A stretch of DNA of 64,000 nt from positions 1,751 through 65,750 of the forward strand of contig CAZAUK010000015.1 in the NCBI GenBank assembly GCA_964488475.1. Reading direction: 5' to 3'. Source of the stretch: an uncultured bacterium (lineage in GTDB: Bacteria; Krumholzibacteriota; Krumholzibacteriia; Krumholzibacteriales; WJIX01). The notes below the pieces were generated by a model. That model saw only the letters and a program-made list of their open reading frames with translations, was not told the origin of the DNA and did no database searches. The position numbers were made by a program, and so were the translations under genes. This document shows, piece after piece, positions 61,556 through 64,000 of this stretch. Within the stretch, counting starts at the first letter, position 1, and the number at the start of each line of letters is the position of its first letter.

Positions 61556-63967
61556 ATGAGCGAATTTGAAGAAATATTCGATGATGACATGAATACCGAA
61601 TTTCCCATCGTTCCTCTCAGGGATGTTGTGGTGTTCCCTTCCATGGCCACCGCCATCCTGGTGGGGCGCCAGCCTTCAGTCAACGCTGTGGAGAAGGCGA
61701 TAGAGTCGGACAAGCTTCTTCTGGTCATAACCCAGAAGGATGCCATGATAGACGAACCGGATTATGAGGACCTTCACACGGTTGGGACTATATCGCGGAT
61801 AGGGGTTTTCTTCCGGCTGCCAGACGGCACCATAAAGGTCATGCTGGAGGGTATAAGCAGGGTGATGATACAGCGATACGTGGAGAAGGACAACTATCTT
61901 GCGGCCATGGTAGCTCCCATAAAGGAATTCGAGAAAAAGGACAGGGAGCTGAAGGCCCTGCAGAGGAAGGTGGAGGATCTGTTCACCGATTACGTGAAGA
62001 TGAGCCCGAGGGTTCCCAACGAGGTTCTTTTCGCGATCAAATCGATTGATGACGCTTCCACCCTGGCCGACACTGCATCCGCCCATATGGCGGTTAAGAA
62101 TGACGTAAAACAGAAACTTCTGGAGACTGGAAGCACCAACGAGCGGTTGATGATCCTCAGCGGACTTCTCAAGGATGAGCTGGAGATACTGAAGTTGGAA
62201 AAGGGTATAGACGAGAAAGTCACAGACAGGGTTCAGAAAAGTCAGAAGGAGCTTTTCCTTCAGGAGAAGATGAAGGTCATCAAGGATGAACTCGGACAGA
62301 CCGACACCTACAGCGAGATAGCGGAGCTCGAAGAGAAGATAAAAGAGGCCAGAATGAGCCCGGAGGGCGAAAAAGTGGCCCTCAAGGAGCTAGACCGGCT
62401 CCAGATGATGTCTCCCATGACTCCGGAAGCCACCGTTGTGAGGAACTATATCGACACCCTGATTTCTCTTCCCTGGAAGAAGAGGAGCAGGGACTCTCTC
62501 AATATAAAGAAAGTAAAGGAAAAGCTGGACAACGACCATTACGGGCTGAAAGAGATAAAGGAGAGGATACTGGAGTTCCTCTCTGTGGTGAAGCTCACAA
62601 AAGAGGTCAAGGGGACCATCCTGTGTTTTGTGGGCCCTCCCGGAGTGGGAAAGACCTCCCTGGGGAAATCGATCGCCAACGCGGTTGGCAGAAAATTCGT
62701 AAGGTTGTCGCTGGGAGGCACCAGGGACGAAGCGGAGATCCGCGGTCACAGAAGGACATATATAGGATCGCGCCCCGGCAGGATAATCCAGATGCTTCGA
62801 AAAGCCGGGACCAGAAATCCGGTACTGATGCTGGACGAGGTAGACAAGCTCAGCGCCGATTTCAGGGGAGATCCGGCGGCCGCTCTGCTGGAAGTTCTTG
62901 ACCCGGAACAGAATACCAACTTTACCGACAACTATCTTGAAGTGGATTTTGACGTAAGCGAGGTCATGTTCATAACCACTGCGAACGTCCTGTATACCAT
63001 TCCTCCTGCTCTCAGGGACCGGATGGAGATAATCAGGCTTCCCGGATATCTCGAGCACGAGAAGGTGGAGATCGCCAAAAGGTTTCTGATGAAGAAGCAG
63101 ATGGCCTCCAACGGTATAACCAGCAAACAGATAACCGTGACCAGGGCCGCTCTCAGGGATTTGATCCGTTTCTACACCAGGGAATCGGGGGTGAGGGAAC
63201 TGGAGAGAAAACTCGCCCAGGTCTGCCGTAAAGTGGCGAGAAAGATAGCAGAAGGTGAAGTAGGCGGCAAGCTAAGCGTAAACAAGAATACCCTGCAGGA
63301 TTATCTTGGAGTCCCCAAGTATCTGGACAGCGAGATCGATCAGAAGCTGACCGTAGGTATGGCTACCGGGCTGGCCTGGACAGAGGCCGGCGGCGAGATA
63401 TTGAACATAGAGGTTACCCTTATGCCCGGAAAGGGAGAGCTTATCCTGACCGGCCAGCTGGGGGATATCATGCAGGAATCGGCCAAGATAGCTCTCAGCT
63501 ATGCCAGGAACAAAGCCAGGTTGCTTAATCTGGGCAAGGATTTTTTCTCCTCGGTCGATCTTCATGTTCACGTTCCGGAGGGAGCGATTCCCAAGGACGG
63601 GCCGAGCGCGGGGATATCGATGGGGACCGCCATGATTTCGGCTTTCTTCGATATACCGGTAAGAAGAGACATGGCGATGACCGGCGAGATGACTCTGAGG
63701 GGAAAGGTCCTTCCGGTCGGAGGAATAAAGGAGAAGTCGGTTGCCGCTCTCAGGGCGGGAGTGAAGACACTTATCCTTCCCGCTGGAAACAAGAAGAATA
63801 TCAAGGAGCTGCCCGAAGAGGTCAAGGGCAACATCGAAATCATCGTAGTGGATTCCATGGAGGAAGTCCTGCCCCGAGTGCTGTCCAGGGATCTGGACTG
63901 GGGCATCAAGAGGCGGCGGGAGCTTGGCGGGCTGTTCGAGGGGTTAGTTCCCAAATCCACCAACTAG
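61556..63967 (+). CDS. lon: ATP-dependent Lon protease
   Basis: 803 aa. LON N-domain. AAA+ Walker A GPPGVGKT. C-terminal Ser-Lys dyad region (DGPSAGI...K). Confidence 0.95.
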   Translation: MSEFEEIFDDDMNTEFPIVPLRDVVVFPSMATAILVGRQPSVNAVEKAIESDKLLLVITQKDAMIDEPDYEDLHTVGTISRIGVFFRLPDGTIKVMLEGISRVMIQRYVEKDNYLAAMVAPIKEFEKKDRELKALQRKVEDLFTDYVKMSPRVPNEVLFAIKSIDDASTLADTASAHMAVKNDVKQKLLETGSTNERLMILSGLLKDELEILKLEKGIDEKVTDRVQKSQKELFLQEKMKVIKDELGQTDTYSEIAELEEKIKEARMSPEGEKVALKELDRLQMMSPMTPEATVVRNYIDTLISLPWKKRSRDSLNIKKVKEKLDNDHYGLKEIKERILEFLSVVKLTKEVKGTILCFVGPPGVGKTSLGKSIANAVGRKFVRLSLGGTRDEAEIRGHRRTYIGSRPGRIIQMLRKAGTRNPVLMLDEVDKLSADFRGDPAAALLEVLDPEQNTNFTDNYLEVDFDVSEVMFITTANVLYTIPPALRDRMEIIRLPGYLEHEKVEIAKRFLMKKQMASNGITSKQITVTRAALRDLIRFYTRESGVRELERKLAQVCRKVARKIAEGEVGGKLSVNKNTLQDYLGVPKYLDSEIDQKLTVGMATGLAWTEAGGEILNIEVTLMPGKGELILTGQLGDIMQESAKIALSYARNKARLLNLGKDFFSSVDLHVHVPEGAIPKDGPSAGISMGTAMISAFFDIPVRRDMAMTGEMTLRGKVLPVGGIKEKSVAALRAGVKTLILPAGNKKNIKELPEEVKGNIEIIVVDSMEEVLPRVLSRDLDWGIKRRRELGGLFEGLVPKSTN

Positions 63968-64000
63968 AGGGCGGAATGGTTTGACTGGAAAAAGTTAATG

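Overview
A 64 kb window from a GC-rich (roughly high-50s % GC by eye) bacterial chromosome. Most of it is core metabolism and housekeeping genes, with no transposases, integrases or CRISPR arrays. The Por/T9SS-type C-terminal sorting domain on a secreted M6 metalloprotease suggests a member of the FCB superphylum (Fibrobacteres–Chlorobi–Bacteroidetes, Bacteroidota-related). Main content in order:
- (1) A sharply AT-rich ~0.9 kb edge segment carrying two translationally coupled small ORFs of unknown function, each with an HEPN-like R-x4-6-H motif.
- (2) A GC-rich, repeat-containing leader followed by a macro-domain protein, nicotinate phosphoribosyltransferase and nicotinamidase, read here as an NAD salvage / ADP-ribose processing operon.
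- (3) A lipoprotein with IPT/TIG and Kelch repeats, flanked by two ~0.5 kb AT-rich noncoding stretches.
- (4) A tetrapyrrole/iron neighbourhood: a HemD-like protein, two tandem paralogous small membrane proteins, a TonB-dependent receptor, an MFS permease, HemN, a protoporphyrinogen oxidase-like enzyme, and a ferric-reductase/NOX-like flavocytochrome.
- (5) A fusion of a ribosome hibernation factor (HPF) domain with a cold-shock domain.
- (6) SufD, SufC, UspA, PEP synthase and a P-type cation ATPase on the minus strand.
- (7) A complete N-type ATPase operon in the order beta, epsilon, AtpQ-like, AtpR-like, a, c, b, alpha, gamma. There is no separate delta gene, the b subunit carries a delta-like C-terminus, and the c subunit carries an ESTxxY Na+-binding signature. 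It is followed by a DUF72 remnant.
- (8) A divergent PurD-like ATP-grasp plus GNAT acetyltransferase pair, a catalase, a GT-C membrane glycosyltransferase-like protein, and a lamin-tail-domain protein.
- (9) A soluble GAF histidine kinase with an unusual 9-cysteine N-terminal module.
- (10) A B12 / acyl-CoA mutase supercluster: CobO-type adenosyltransferase, MeaB, two paralogous mutase large subunits, a B12-binding small subunit, thiolase, 3-hydroxybutyryl-CoA dehydrogenase, epimerase and carboxyltransferase.
- (11) A lipoprotein, the M6 metalloprotease with a T9SS sorting domain, an outer-membrane beta-barrel, a 906-aa secreted protein with a CBM48-like C-terminus, and a crotonase.
- (12) tRNA-Leu(TAG) followed by tig-clpP-clpX-lon.
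All functional calls rest on motif recognition by eye; no database searches were run.
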